Source: Nannocystis bainbridge (GTDB taxonomy: Bacteria; Myxococcota_A; Polyangia; Nannocystales; Nannocystaceae). From it: 64,000 bases of DNA. The notes beneath the pieces were generated by a model. That model did not search any database, was not told where the DNA came from, and worked only from the letters and a program-made list of their open reading frames with translations. The stretch's first letter is position 1. Each line of letters begins with the position of its first letter. Below, in pieces: positions 9,718 to 19,770 of this stretch. The stretch covers positions 1,920,001 through 1,984,000 of the forward strand of contig NZ_JAQNDL010000001.1 of assembly GCF_028368995.1 (NCBI RefSeq), in the 5' to 3' direction. A program made the translations under genes and the position numbers.

Positions 9718-10515
9718 CTATGATTCTTCAAGGCCGATCGCCGCGTGGGGGAACATCGCCGCCAGCTCGGCCTCGGTCGCAAGAAAGCACGACGCGCTGG
9801 CACGAATGCGCCGCACCCCGGGCATCACCGCGCCGTGCGGGATCGGCATGCGGGACGCGACCGCGGTCAAGCTCAGCTCCGTGAGCGCCTGCAGGCCGGC
9901 GAATTCGGCCGGCAGCTGCGTGAAGACCTTTTCGGGCCAGCCGCAGCTGCCCGGCTCGCCGAGCGTCAGCGACGTCAGGCACGACAACTGCGACAACAGC
10001 CCGAACAGCGCCTCGCGCGACTGCTCGAAGCGCGGCGGGAAGTGGGCCGGGCGCTCCCAGTCGTGCACGTACACGTGCCGCAGCAGCAGCGTCAAGGCGC
10101 GCAGCTCCGTCAGCGCGCCCAGGCTGTCGGGCAGGCGCGCGAGGTGGTGCGAATCGACGTACAGCTCGCGCAGGCGGGTCAGCGCGCCCAGGCTGCGCGG
10201 CAGCGAGGCGAGGTGGAGCAGCTCGAGCCGGAGGCTGCGCAGGCGCGTCAGCTCGCAGATCGCCGTCGGCAGGCCGGGCAGCTCGGGGTCGACGAGCTCG
10301 AGCTGCTGCAGCCCGCGCAGCTCCGTCAGCGCCGGCGGCAATGCGCGCACGCGCGAGCGCAGGCGCAGCGCCTTGAGGCCCCGGACCTCGCGCAGCTGCG
10401 CGAGCGCGGCCGCCAGCGCCCCGGGCTCGACGCTCTCGGCCCGCAGCTCGAGCGCCGGGACGTCGCCCAGCGCCGCGACCTCGAGCGCCTCACGGGACAG
10501 GTCGACGACGTGCAT
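9718..10515 (-). CDS. Leucine-rich repeat protein
   Basis: Repeated LPxxLGxLTxLRxLxL units; start uncertain. Confidence 0.8.
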   Translation of the reverse strand: MHVVDLSREALEVAALGDVPALELRAESVEPGALAAALAQLREVRGLKALRLRSRVRALPPALTELRGLQQLELVDPELPGLPTAICELTRLRSLRLELLHLASLPRSLGALTRLRELYVDSHHLARLPDSLGALTELRALTLLLRHVYVHDWERPAHFPPRFEQSREALFGLLSQLSCLTSLTLGEPGSCGWPEKVFTQLPAEFAGLQALTELSLTAVASRMPIPHGAVMPGVRRIRASASCFLATEAELAAMFPHAAIGLEES

Positions 10516-10579
10516 CGCGGCGATGGTACCGCGCCGGAGCCGGGTCGCGCTCGCGCTACGCTCCGCTCGCCGCGCGGCG

Positions 10580-13249
10580 TCAGTGCGCCTCGCCCCAGCT
10601 CTGGCCGACGCCGATGCCGACCTCGAGCGGGACGTCGAGCGGGTACGGCCGCTCCATCACTCGCCGCGCCAGGTCGGTGACGGCGTCGACCTCGGCCTCG
10701 GCCACCTCGAACACCAGCTCGTCGTGGACCTGCAGCAGCATGCGCGCGCTCGGGGCCACGGCCGGCAATTCGCGGTCGATCTGCAGCATCGCCAATTTGC
10801 AGAGATCGGCCGCCGAGCCCTGGATCGGCGTGTTGGCGGCGATGCGCTCGCCGGCGGCGCGGTCGGTGTCGCTGCGGCTGGCCAGCTCGGAGATGAAGCG
10901 GCGCCGGCCCAGCAGCGTGGTCACGTAGCCGCTGGCGTGGGCCTCGGCGATCGTGCGATCGAGCCAGGCGCGGACTCCGGCGTAGTACGTGAAATACTGC
11001 TCGATGTAGCTCTGGGCCTCCTTGCGGGCGATGCCGAGGATCTGCCCGAGCGCGGTGGCCCCCTGGCCGTAGATCGTGGCGAAGTTGACGGTCTTGCCGA
11101 CGTTGCGCTGCTCCTTGGTGACCGCCTCGGGAGCCACGTTGAAAAGCAGCGCGGCGGTGCGGCGGTGGAGGTCGAGCTTGTCGCGGAACGCCTCGACGAG
11201 CCGCGGGTCCTGGCTGAAGTGGGCCAGCACGCGCAGCTCGATCTGGCTCCAATCGGCGGAGATGATGCGCCGCCCCTCGGGCGCGACGAAGGCCCGACGA
11301 ATGCGCTGACCCTCGGGCGTGCGGATCGGCGTGCGCTGCAGGTCGGGGTCGGTGGAGATCAGGCGACCGGAGACACCGACGGTCTGCTGAAAGGTCGCGT
11401 GGATCCGCCCGGTCTCGGGGGCGATCGCGTCGCGCAGCACGTCGGTATAGGTGTTGATCAGCTTGGCGAGCTCGCGCTGGGCCAGGATCTCGCGCGCGAT
11501 CTCGTGTTTGGCCGCGAGCCGCTCGAGCACCTCGGCGTCGGTCGAATAGCCGGTCTTGTTCTTCTTGATGACCGGCAGCTTGAGCTCCTCGAACAGCACG
11601 TCGGCCAATTGCTTGGTCGAGCCGATGTTGAACTCGCGCCCGGCGAGCGCGTAGATCCGGGCCTCGATCTCCGCCTTACGCCGCTGGAACTCCTCGCCCA
11701 TGCGCGTGAGGTCGTCGCGGTCGACGCGGATGCCGGCCAGCTCCATGCGCGCGAGCACACCGACGAGCGGGCGCTCGACCGCCTCGTAGTGGGCCGTCTG
11801 CCCGGCCTCGCCCAGACGGCCCCGCAGCACCGGCGCCAGCGCGAGCACGACGTCGGCCAGCTGGGCGGCGTAGGTGGCCGCGGCGCCGACCTCGACGGCG
11901 CTCGGCAGGCGCGCCGACTTGCCGCTCTTGAGCAAGGTGGTGACGGCGGGGATCGATCGCTGCACGTACTCGCGGGCGACCTGGTCGAGGCCGTGCGGGA
12001 TGCACTTGACGGGGTCGACGAGGAACGACGCGAGCATGGTGTCGAGGAAATCGCCGCCGAGCGTGAGGCCGTGGCGCCCGGCGAGGATCCCCAGCTGCTT
12101 GAGGTCGTGCACGACCTTGGGCCGGCTCGTATCGCCGAGCAGCCCGCGCAGGAGCTCGATCGCGGGCTCGCCGAGGGCCGCCCCGACGCCGCGGAAGGCC
12201 AGGTAGAGCGGCTTGCGCCCGTCCGTGGCCAGAGCCACGCCGACCAATTGCGCGTGGTGGACCCGCGTCGGCGGCTCGAACAGCGGCACGATCGCTACCG
12301 CCTGGCCGGCCGGCAAGGCGCCGATCGCCGCGCGGGCCGCGTCGACGCTGGCCGGGACCTCGACCTCGATGTCGGGCGCGTCGCCGACCTTGGCGTCGCC
12401 GCCGCCGGTGAGCAGCGAGAAGAACTCGAGCTCGCGGTAGAGCGCGTCGAGCTCCTTCGGGTCGGGCGGCGTGAGCCGCAGCGCGTCGATCGTGACCCCG
12501 ATCGCGGCGTCGGCGTCGACGGTCGCTAGCTGGCGGTAGAGCTTGACCGCCTCGCGGTGCTCCTCGAGCGCGGCCTTCTGCTTGCCCTTGAGCTCCCCCA
12601 GGTGCTCGTACACGCCGTCGAGCGAGCCGTACTTCTCGAGCAGGCCGGCGGCGCCCTTCTGGCCGATGCCGGGCACGCCGGGGATGTTGTCGACGGTGTC
12701 GCCCATCAGCGCCAGGAGGTCGGGGATCTGCGCCGGCGGGACGCCCCATTTCTTGCGCACGAGCTCGGCGTCGTAGGTGACGTCGCGCATCGTGTCCTGC
12801 ATGCGCACGCCGTCGCCGACCATCTGCGCCAGGTCCTTGTCGCCGGCGACGATCACGACCTCGAGCCCGGCCGCCACGCCGCGCCGCGCCAGCGTGGCGA
12901 TGATGTCGTCGGCCTCGTAGCCGGGCTGACGCACCAGCGGGAACCGGTTGGCGGTGACGAGGCGATCGATGACCGGCAGCTGCTGCGCGAGCTCGCCCGG
13001 CATCGACGGCCGCTGGGCCTTGTACTGCGGGTACTTGAGCTCGCGGTGGGTCGGCGCCGGGGTGTCGAACACGACCGCGCCGCGCTCGGGCATGCGCCCG
13101 GAGAACAGCTTGCGGAACATGGTCGCAAAGCCGAAGATCGCGTTGGTCGGCAGCCCGGTCTTGGTCTGCAGGTTGGCCGGGATCGCAAAGAATGCCCGGT
13201 AGATGAGCCACGAGCCGTCGACCAATACGAGCCGCTCTGCCTTCGCCAT
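10580..13249 (-). CDS. polA: DNA polymerase I (family A), divergent
   Basis: 5'-3' exonuclease (LVDGS..YRAFF, PTNAIFGF, YEADDIIAT, GDKDL, GDTVDNIPGVPGIG); motif A SADWSQIELR, motif B K.VNFATIYG, motif C QVHDEL. Confidence 0.95.
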   Translation of the reverse strand: MAKAERLVLVDGSWLIYRAFFAIPANLQTKTGLPTNAIFGFATMFRKLFSGRMPERGAVVFDTPAPTHRELKYPQYKAQRPSMPGELAQQLPVIDRLVTANRFPLVRQPGYEADDIIATLARRGVAAGLEVVIVAGDKDLAQMVGDGVRMQDTMRDVTYDAELVRKKWGVPPAQIPDLLALMGDTVDNIPGVPGIGQKGAAGLLEKYGSLDGVYEHLGELKGKQKAALEEHREAVKLYRQLATVDADAAIGVTIDALRLTPPDPKELDALYRELEFFSLLTGGGDAKVGDAPDIEVEVPASVDAARAAIGALPAGQAVAIVPLFEPPTRVHHAQLVGVALATDGRKPLYLAFRGVGAALGEPAIELLRGLLGDTSRPKVVHDLKQLGILAGRHGLTLGGDFLDTMLASFLVDPVKCIPHGLDQVAREYVQRSIPAVTTLLKSGKSARLPSAVEVGAAATYAAQLADVVLALAPVLRGRLGEAGQTAHYEAVERPLVGVLARMELAGIRVDRDDLTRMGEEFQRRKAEIEARIYALAGREFNIGSTKQLADVLFEELKLPVIKKNKTGYSTDAEVLERLAAKHEIAREILAQRELAKLINTYTDVLRDAIAPETGRIHATFQQTVGVSGRLISTDPDLQRTPIRTPEGQRIRRAFVAPEGRRIISADWSQIELRVLAHFSQDPRLVEAFRDKLDLHRRTAALLFNVAPEAVTKEQRNVGKTVNFATIYGQGATALGQILGIARKEAQSYIEQYFTYYAGVRAWLDRTIAEAHASGYVTTLLGRRRFISELASRSDTDRAAGERIAANTPIQGSAADLCKLAMLQIDRELPAVAPSARMLLQVHDELVFEVAEAEVDAVTDLARRVMERPYPLDVPLEVGIGVGQSWGEAH

Positions 13250-13514
13250 GCGCGGCATCATACGCCGGGGCGTGTTCGCGCGCGAGCCCCCGCCGGGCTC
13301 GACCTTGAAGCCGCGACGAGCCGCGCTGCCGCACCTTCGTGGCGGCACCGCGTGCGGACGGCGCCGCAGGCGAGGCAGCGGGCTCGAGCGTCGCTGCCGT
13401 CGAAGACAGCCTGTCCCGAGGGTCATGTCGGCAAGCGCCGCGCGGCGGTCTGCTGTGCTTCGCGTCGCATGAAATCTCGGGTCCGCCGGGCACATTCATC
13501 GCCACGGAGGAGCG

Positions 13515-15737
13515 ATGCGGCCGGGTCGGGGAGTGACGAGCGTCGCGGCGCTGGGCGTGGGCCTGCTGATCGGTGGTTCGGCCGGCGCGGCGCCGCTGCT
13601 GCGGGCCCAGATCGTCCAGCGCGGCGATTTCGTGCTGGTCGGCAACACGCTGGCCCACGACTGCTCGCCGGCGACCCCGGCCCCGCTGGTCGGCAAGGTG
13701 GGCAATTGCGGGGCGGAGCTCGGCGACGGGGCCGCGGACGTGCTGTGGCGCGCCGACTCGCCGGTGGCCGGGGCCGCGGCCGCGAGCGTGGCGATCGAGG
13801 CCGACGACGCGCGCAGCTCGGCGGTGCTGCTGCTGCCGCCCGGAGCCCGGCCGACGCACGCGTTCCTCTACTGGGCCGCGCAGCTGGCGATCGCCGGCGC
13901 CGACTCGACCGTGGTGCTCGAGCGGCCCGGCTTCCTCGACGTCGAGCTGTCGGCCGACGCCTGCTACGTCAGCGCCGACGGCAGCTACGTGTGCTCGGTC
14001 GACGTCGGCGAGCTGGTGATCGAGCACGGGCCGGGGCTGTTCCGCGTCGGCGGCGTCGAGGTGCGGCCCTTCCAGCACCTGCTCGACGAGGAGATCTTCG
14101 CGGCGTGGTGGCTGGTGGTCGTGTACGAGCGGCCGTTCGACCCACTGCGCAGCATCGGCGTCTACGAGGGCCTCGACGCGGTGCTGCCGCTGCAGCCGTG
14201 CGAGACCGCGTTCGCCGGCTTCGTCGTGCCCAAGGTCGGCGTCGGCGGCACGCTGGCGGTGGCCGGCCTCGCCGGCGATCACGGGGACGTCGGCGACCAG
14301 CTGCTGCTCGCCGACGTGCCGCTGGGCGACGCGCTCAACCCGATCGACGATTTCTTCAACGGCACGCGCGGGGCGTTCGGCTTCGCCCTGTCGGTCGTCG
14401 GCGACCTGCCGCGGCTGTCCGGGCTGCCCGCCAGCGGCTCGGGCCTCGACCTCGACATCGTCGACATCACCGCGCGCCTCGACCCGCTGCAGACTTCGCT
14501 GCCGATGACGGTGACGACCGCGGGCGACGCGATCCTGCTGGCGACCACCGTCGTCTCGATCACCACCGCCGCGCCCAACCTCGAGATCGTCGAGACGGTC
14601 GAGGACCTGAGCGGCGGCGCGTTCGTCCCCGGCGACGTCGCCCAGTACACGATCGAGGTGACCAATGTCGGCAACGACGACGCCGTCGAGGTCGTGCTCA
14701 CCGACACTCTGCCGGCCGCCGTCACCTTCGTGCCGGGCACGCTCGAGGTCGTCGGCGGCCCCGGGTTTCTGTCGGACGTCGCGCTCGACGACGAGGGCGA
14801 GGCGATCGAGGACGAGCTGGTGGTCCGCCTCGGCGTCGGCGCCGACGAGGAGGTCGGCGGCAGCCTGGCGATCGACGCTTCGACGCTGGTCCGGTTTCAG
14901 GTCGTGATCGACGACGAGGCCGAGGGCATCGTCAGCCACCAGGCGACGGTCACGGCGGCGGGCCTGCTGGGCGCGTCGGCCGACGAATTCCTGTCCGAGG
15001 CGCCGCTCGAGTTCCTGGTCGAGGAGTGCGACGAGGTCGCGCCCTGCCCGTTCGACACCCCGCTGTGCGACCTCGGGCCGGTGCCGAACGTGTGTGTCGA
15101 GTGCCTGGACGACCTCGACTGCGGCCCGCTCGAGGTGTGTGACCCGCTGACGAGCGCCTGCGCGTGCGAGGCCGCCGGCCCCGAGCTGTGCGACGGCCTC
15201 GACAACGACTGCAACGAGCTCGTCGACGACGGCTTCGACCTCGGCGCCTCGTGCTCCACCGGCCTCGGCGAGTGCCTCGTCGAGGGCGCGCTGGTGTGCG
15301 ACGGCCTCGGCGGGGTCGCCTGCGACGCGGTCGCCGGCCCGCCCGCCGACGAGCTGTGCGACGGCCTCGACAACGACTGCGACGGAGAGATCGACGGCGC
15401 TTGCACGAAGTGCCTGGCCGACGCCGAGTGCGGCGGGCTGCTGTCGGGCCGCGTGTGCTACCTCGGTGTGTGCGTCGACGGCTGCCGCGCGGTCGGCAAC
15501 TTCTGTCCGCTGGGCCTCGAGTGCTCGTCGGACGACGCCTCGCCCGGCGAGTGCCTGGACCCCGAGGCGGGCGAGGACGAGGCCCCTCCGGTCGACGAAC
15601 TCGAGGACCTCGCCGACGACGAGAAGGTCAGCGACCTGCTCGGCTGCGACTGCGACGGCCGCCCGGGCGACCGCGACGGCCCGCTGCTGCTGGCCCTGGC
15701 CGCGCTGGCCGGCTCGCGCCGCCGGCGCAGGCGGTGA
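13515..15737 (+). CDS. Cell-surface protein with DUF11-like Ig domain, Cys-rich metal-binding repeats and MYXO-CTERM-like tail
   Basis: Signal peptide; PGDVAQYTIEVTNVG...LTDTLP; ELCDGLDNDC repeats; GCDC...LLLALAALAGSRRRRR. Confidence 0.85.
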   Translation: MRPGRGVTSVAALGVGLLIGGSAGAAPLLRAQIVQRGDFVLVGNTLAHDCSPATPAPLVGKVGNCGAELGDGAADVLWRADSPVAGAAAASVAIEADDARSSAVLLLPPGARPTHAFLYWAAQLAIAGADSTVVLERPGFLDVELSADACYVSADGSYVCSVDVGELVIEHGPGLFRVGGVEVRPFQHLLDEEIFAAWWLVVVYERPFDPLRSIGVYEGLDAVLPLQPCETAFAGFVVPKVGVGGTLAVAGLAGDHGDVGDQLLLADVPLGDALNPIDDFFNGTRGAFGFALSVVGDLPRLSGLPASGSGLDLDIVDITARLDPLQTSLPMTVTTAGDAILLATTVVSITTAAPNLEIVETVEDLSGGAFVPGDVAQYTIEVTNVGNDDAVEVVLTDTLPAAVTFVPGTLEVVGGPGFLSDVALDDEGEAIEDELVVRLGVGADEEVGGSLAIDASTLVRFQVVIDDEAEGIVSHQATVTAAGLLGASADEFLSEAPLEFLVEECDEVAPCPFDTPLCDLGPVPNVCVECLDDLDCGPLEVCDPLTSACACEAAGPELCDGLDNDCNELVDDGFDLGASCSTGLGECLVEGALVCDGLGGVACDAVAGPPADELCDGLDNDCDGEIDGACTKCLADAECGGLLSGRVCYLGVCVDGCRAVGNFCPLGLECSSDDASPGECLDPEAGEDEAPPVDELEDLADDEKVSDLLGCDCDGRPGDRDGPLLLALAALAGSRRRRRR

Positions 15738-15740
15738 AAT

Positions 15741-15821
15741 TCACCTGGTCTTCGGGGCATGTTCGAAGCGACATGCCCCGCGGGACCCTGCCTGTGGGAC
15801 ATGCTCCTTCGAGCATGTCCC
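15741..15821. repeat. 14-bp-period CATG array
   Basis: CATG at 15758, 15772, 15800, 15814 with degenerate units at 15744 and 15786; lies between convergent stop codons. Confidence 0.8.
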
Positions 15822-15831
15822 GCCGGCCACC

Positions 15832-16950
15832 TCACATGCGGATGACCTCGCCGCGGTGGTAGCTGAGCTTGCGGCCGCTGGGGTCGAACACCATCACGCA
15901 GTCGTCGGCGCCGACGCTGGCGGCGCGGTGGGGCCCGAGCTCGAACAGCAGGAACGAGCGCTGGTTGAGGCCGACGCACGCGTGGTGGCGGAAGCGACGC
16001 GCGAGGTAGGCCAGGTTGTCCGGGTCGTCGGTCTGGATCCGCTCGGTGCAGTGGGGGAACAGCTGGATGTCGCGGACCAGCGCCAGGCCGCGGTCGTACA
16101 GCTGGAAATCGCGCCGCTTGGTCGCAAAGTCGTCGTAGATGATGACCCGCTCGCACAGCACCATCGCCCCGGCCGACATCGCCACCAGCTGGGTCCCGCG
16201 GCGCAGCGCCTCGGCCAGCACGTTGCGCAGGCGGAAGAACCGCAGCGCGTCGAGCAGCAGGTCGAGGTGGCCGCCGAACAGGATGATGCTGTTGGCCGAG
16301 AGGATCCGCCGCTCGAGCCGCTCCTGCGCGGCGCGCCAGGCCGGGTCGTACTGCAGGCCCACGGCGTCGAACGTGCGCTGCTCGATCTGGTCGAGCAGGT
16401 TCACCAGGTGGTCGTCGTTGGCCTCGAGCGTGTCGAGCGCGTGCCGCAGCTCGCGCGACAGGGTGTAGCGCAGCAGCCGGCCGCCGGTGCCGTAGTGGCC
16501 CTGGTCGCCGGCCAGGCGGGCGACGGTGATCGTCGGGTCCTCGCGCTTGGCGACCGCGAGGGTGCGGCGGAACAGCTGGATCAGGTGGGCGTTGTGCTCG
16601 AGGTAAAAGGCGCGGGCCATCTCGGCGATCCGGCGCTCCTCGTGCCACGCGGCCAGCAGCCGCGGGGACGTGCGCGCCAGGCCGCGGACCTCGTGCAGCA
16701 GCGACAGGTTGACCAGACTGGTGTCGTAGCCGTGCTCGAACCGCGACGGCAGGCCGATCGCGTTGAGCGACCGCTTGACGTGGCCCTCGTCGTGCTCGCC
16801 GTCGCCCCAGGCGGCCGTGACGAGCACGACCCGCCGCGAGCGGGCGACCTCCGGATCCTCGTGCCGCGACGACAGCAGCAGCGGCGCCGCCGTCTGCACC
16901 AGGGCGTCGACGGTCTCGGCGTTGCCGTTGAAAAGAACCGCACCTCGCAT
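15832..16950 (-). CDS. Peptidase S51/cyanophycinase-like class I glutamine amidotransferase-fold protein
   Basis: VLVTAAW, ILFGGH, nucleophile elbow AMSAGAMVL, FPH. Confidence 0.7.
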   Translation of the reverse strand: MRGAVLFNGNAETVDALVQTAAPLLLSSRHEDPEVARSRRVVLVTAAWGDGEHDEGHVKRSLNAIGLPSRFEHGYDTSLVNLSLLHEVRGLARTSPRLLAAWHEERRIAEMARAFYLEHNAHLIQLFRRTLAVAKREDPTITVARLAGDQGHYGTGGRLLRYTLSRELRHALDTLEANDDHLVNLLDQIEQRTFDAVGLQYDPAWRAAQERLERRILSANSIILFGGHLDLLLDALRFFRLRNVLAEALRRGTQLVAMSAGAMVLCERVIIYDDFATKRRDFQLYDRGLALVRDIQLFPHCTERIQTDDPDNLAYLARRFRHHACVGLNQRSFLLFELGPHRAASVGADDCVMVFDPSGRKLSYHRGEVIRM

Positions 16951-17039
16951 GGACCGCGATGGTAACGCAATCACGCCGCCCCGCGGGGCGGGTCCGCCCT
17001 GGGCGCCTCCCGGACCCGAGTTCGGGGACCGCGCCGCGC

Positions 17040-17642
17040 TCACGGCAGCGCGCCGTCGGCGATCCACTGCTGGATCGCCGCGACGTCGCCCGGCTGCAGC
17101 TCGTCGTTCGGCGGCATGCGCTTGCCCTCGCCGCCGACCTCGTCCTGGCTGCCGGCGATCTTGTGCCACAGGTAGCTGTCCGCGGTTGCGCCTGGCGCGA
17201 CCAGGTCCATCCCCTTCACGTCGTCCGACGGCCGGCCGACGATGCTGGCCCAGGCCCGCCCGATCCCCAGATCCGGGTCGGGCTTGCCGTCGCCGTGACA
17301 CGTGCAGTAGTCGGCGAAGATCGGCTGGATGTCGGCCTCGAAGCTCAGCGGCGCCGGCTCCTCCGGCTCGGTGGTCGCGCCGGTCGTCGTCGTCGTGCTG
17401 GCGTCGCTGGTGCCGGTGGTGGTCTCGGGCTCGGCGGGTCCGCTGGCGCTGCTCGTCGGCGGCTCCGCGGGCTCGCCGGTGGTCGTCGTCGAGCCGCCGC
17501 CCGTCGTCGGCTCGCCGGTGCTCGTGCTCGCCGGGCTCGTCGTCGTGCTCGTGGTGCCCGCACCCACGCCCACGCCCGCGCTGTCGAACACGCAGCCGCC
17601 GAGCAGCAGCGCCGCGGAGCAGGTGAAGCGCAGGCGAAGCAT
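17040..17642 (-). CDS. Lipoprotein with planctomycete-type cytochrome c-like domain (CxCH)
   Basis: Lipobox LGGC, Thr linker, SFEADIQPIF..YCTCHG...LVAPG...SYLWHKI...RMPP...I.QWIADGA. Confidence 0.75.
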   Translation of the reverse strand: MLRLRFTCSAALLLGGCVFDSAGVGVGAGTTSTTTSPASTSTGEPTTGGGSTTTTGEPAEPPTSSASGPAEPETTTGTSDASTTTTTGATTEPEEPAPLSFEADIQPIFADYCTCHGDGKPDPDLGIGRAWASIVGRPSDDVKGMDLVAPGATADSYLWHKIAGSQDEVGGEGKRMPPNDELQPGDVAAIQQWIADGALP

Positions 17643-17789
17643 CACCGCCAACGTATCGCCGCTCGCCGCCCGCGCCAGCGCGCGCCTTCACGGGTGTGAT
17701 GGTTCGCCGTTCACCCGGGCGCGGCCGCGCCGACGGTCCCGCGCGCGCCGGGTCGCGTCACCGGACCGCGGGCCGCCCCGCGATTGCGA

Positions 17790-17870
17790 AGACATGTCCT
17801 TCGGGACATTTTATCCATTCACGGCGGTGATTCACGACATGCCCCGAAGGACATGTCTTCAGAGACATCA
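17790..17870. repeat. 14-bp-period CATG array (two sub-arrays)
   Basis: CAT cores at 17793/17807 and 17838/17852/17866. Confidence 0.8.
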
Positions 17871-18650
17871 GCGCAGCACGCCCGGCTCGAACTGCACCCG
17901 CCACGGCACCACGGCGATCTCGCCCGAGATGGTCGGCGGGTACAGGGTCGCCGCGGCGATGTCGGCCACGCAGGCGCCGACCTCGGGCGCCTCGCGGATG
18001 TTCTCGAGGATCGCCACCGCGCGGGCCCGGCCGTCGCCGGAGATCGCTATCTCGAGCGCCACGCGCCCTTGCAGCGTCAGCTGGCGGGCCAGCGCGCGGC
18101 GGTAGCAGTCGCCGAGCTCGAGGCGGCGCTCGGCCATCGTCAGGACCACGTTGGCCTGGTCGAGCGGGTCGACCCCGATGAACAGCGGCTCGCGCTTGGT
18201 CGGGCACAGCACCGGCTCGGCGCCGCAGCCCCGGCGCATGAATTCGCCGGCGTCCGGCTCGCCCAGGCCCGCCGCCGCCGAGATGCACGAAGGGGCATGT
18301 CCCCCGAGACAGGCCGAGACGTACAGCGAGGTCGCGGCCGTCGGGTCGCGCTGAAGCCCCTCGCCGCGCTCGAACGCCCGCGCCAGCGCGGCGCAGCCGA
18401 ACGGGTTGGCCAGGTCGCAGGCCCGGCGGGCGTAGGCGGCCGCCAGCGGCAGCTCGCCGAGCTCGCGGTACTGCACCGCCATCTCGACGCACGCCGGCCC
18501 GTCGCCGCGGTCGCAGCGGTCGGCCAGCACGTCGTAGGCGCTGGCGGGCAGCGGCGGCGGCGAAGTCTCGGGCTCCAGCGGCACGTGGCAGCCCGGCAGC
18601 GACAGGACCGTCGCCACCAGCGCCCCGAGCCGAAGGCACCGGCCCTTCAT
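17868..18650 (-). CDS. Lipoprotein with Sel1-like repeats and TonB_C/AgmX-PglI-like C-terminal domain
   Basis: LPGC lipobox; ACD....GC..LA..FERGEG...D...A..LY..AC; CYRRAL....L.GRV.LEI.I..DG...CV. Confidence 0.75.
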   Translation of the reverse strand: MKGRCLRLGALVATVLSLPGCHVPLEPETSPPPLPASAYDVLADRCDRGDGPACVEMAVQYRELGELPLAAAYARRACDLANPFGCAALARAFERGEGLQRDPTAATSLYVSACLGGHAPSCISAAAGLGEPDAGEFMRRGCGAEPVLCPTKREPLFIGVDPLDQANVVLTMAERRLELGDCYRRALARQLTLQGRVALEIAISGDGRARAVAILENIREAPEVGACVADIAAATLYPPTISGEIAVVPWRVQFEPGVLR

Positions 18651-19147
18651 GCGCCCAGCATGCCACGCCTCGCGCGCCTCGGCGATGCCGGCCAGCGACA
18701 TCCCGCCCGCGCGACCCGCGGGGTTCGTCGCCGATGGCCGGCCCGCGCCCCGGCGGACGCGCAGACTCGCCCCCGACCCGGCGAACGGCGTCTCCGAGGC
18801 CCCTACGCCGGCCGGCCACGGCACGCCCCCGCCGCAGCTCGCGCGGTCCGTCGCCCCGGCCCACCCCGGCCCGCCCGCAGACTGCTGTCCGCAGCGCCGC
18901 CACGGCGCCAGATCTTGCTCGCCCCGGCTCTGCTCCCGGCGAGCCGCCGCCGCCCCGGGAGCGTGCTCGCCCCGGGCTCTGCCCCCCACAGTCGGCCACG
19001 AGCGCGCGCCCGTGAGACCCGGCCTCGCGCCAGCAGGCTCCGCTTCCTCTTTTGGAGCGACCCGCAATTTTTCCCCCCGCGGCGGCGACTCCGGGCATGC
19101 GCGGCCCGATCGAGCGGGCCGCGTATTCTCGCCCGGGAGGACTCCTC

Positions 19148-19444
19148 ATGAGACGTTGGTACGAGCGCAACAGCTGGATCGCCGCCGCACTCTGTGTCGC
19201 GGCGGGACTCTCGTTCGGAGCGGCCCTCCGCACCCGCGACGCGCGGGCCTACTCCCTCGATTGCGAAGACAACGAGTATGGCGAGTTGCACGAGGTCCGT
19301 CGCGTCGCCGGCGACGGCGATCCCTCGGCGCAGGTGTGGTCAGGCCACGCGGTCCTCCGGCTCGCGGAGCGCACGTTCACCACGGTCGACGACGCCGGCA
19401 ACGAGGTGCTCTTCCTCCATATCAGCCGGGACAGCGAACCATGA
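19148..19444 (+). CDS. Small secreted hypothetical protein
   Basis: GGAGG RBS; signal peptide ending ARA; ATGA overlap with next gene. Confidence 0.6.
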   Translation: MRRWYERNSWIAAALCVAAGLSFGAALRTRDARAYSLDCEDNEYGELHEVRRVAGDGDPSAQVWSGHAVLRLAERTFTTVDDAGNEVLFLHISRDSEP

Positions 19445-19701
19445 CGCTGCAACGATTTCGCAACACTGTGCTGTTCGTCGCCGCCACGGCCCTCGGCGCC
19501 GCCTCGCCCGGTCTCGGCTGCAACGAGCCCTGCCCCGAGGAGCTCCCCGAGGGCATGTATCGCGTCGAGGGCGACGTCGCCGGCTGGCGCGCGGGCAGCG
19601 GGCAGATCGAAGTGACCGAGACGCGAATGCACGTCGCCTATGTCACGACCGACGGCTCCGCGTGGGAGGTCGAGTACATCCGCGTCCCCGACCCTTACTG
19701 A
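19441..19701 (+). CDS. Small hypothetical (lipo)protein
   Basis: MTLQRFRNTVLFVAATALG...GLGCNEPC; translationally coupled to upstream gene. Confidence 0.6.
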   Translation: MTLQRFRNTVLFVAATALGAASPGLGCNEPCPEELPEGMYRVEGDVAGWRAGSGQIEVTETRMHVAYVTTDGSAWEVEYIRVPDPY

Positions 19702-19770
19702 TCTCAGCCCCGCGGTCGCGCCCGCTGGCATCCTCGGTCCCTCGCGGGATGCCAGCCGGGCTCGTCCGTG

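Noticed and set aside
9806-15142. Very long alternative-frame ORFs (907, 1087, 861 aa; likewise 29644-32952, 31311-33974, 53871-56594)
   Set aside because: Shadow ORFs typical of very high GC DNA; Arg/Ala/Pro-rich, motif-less and overlapping well-supported genes
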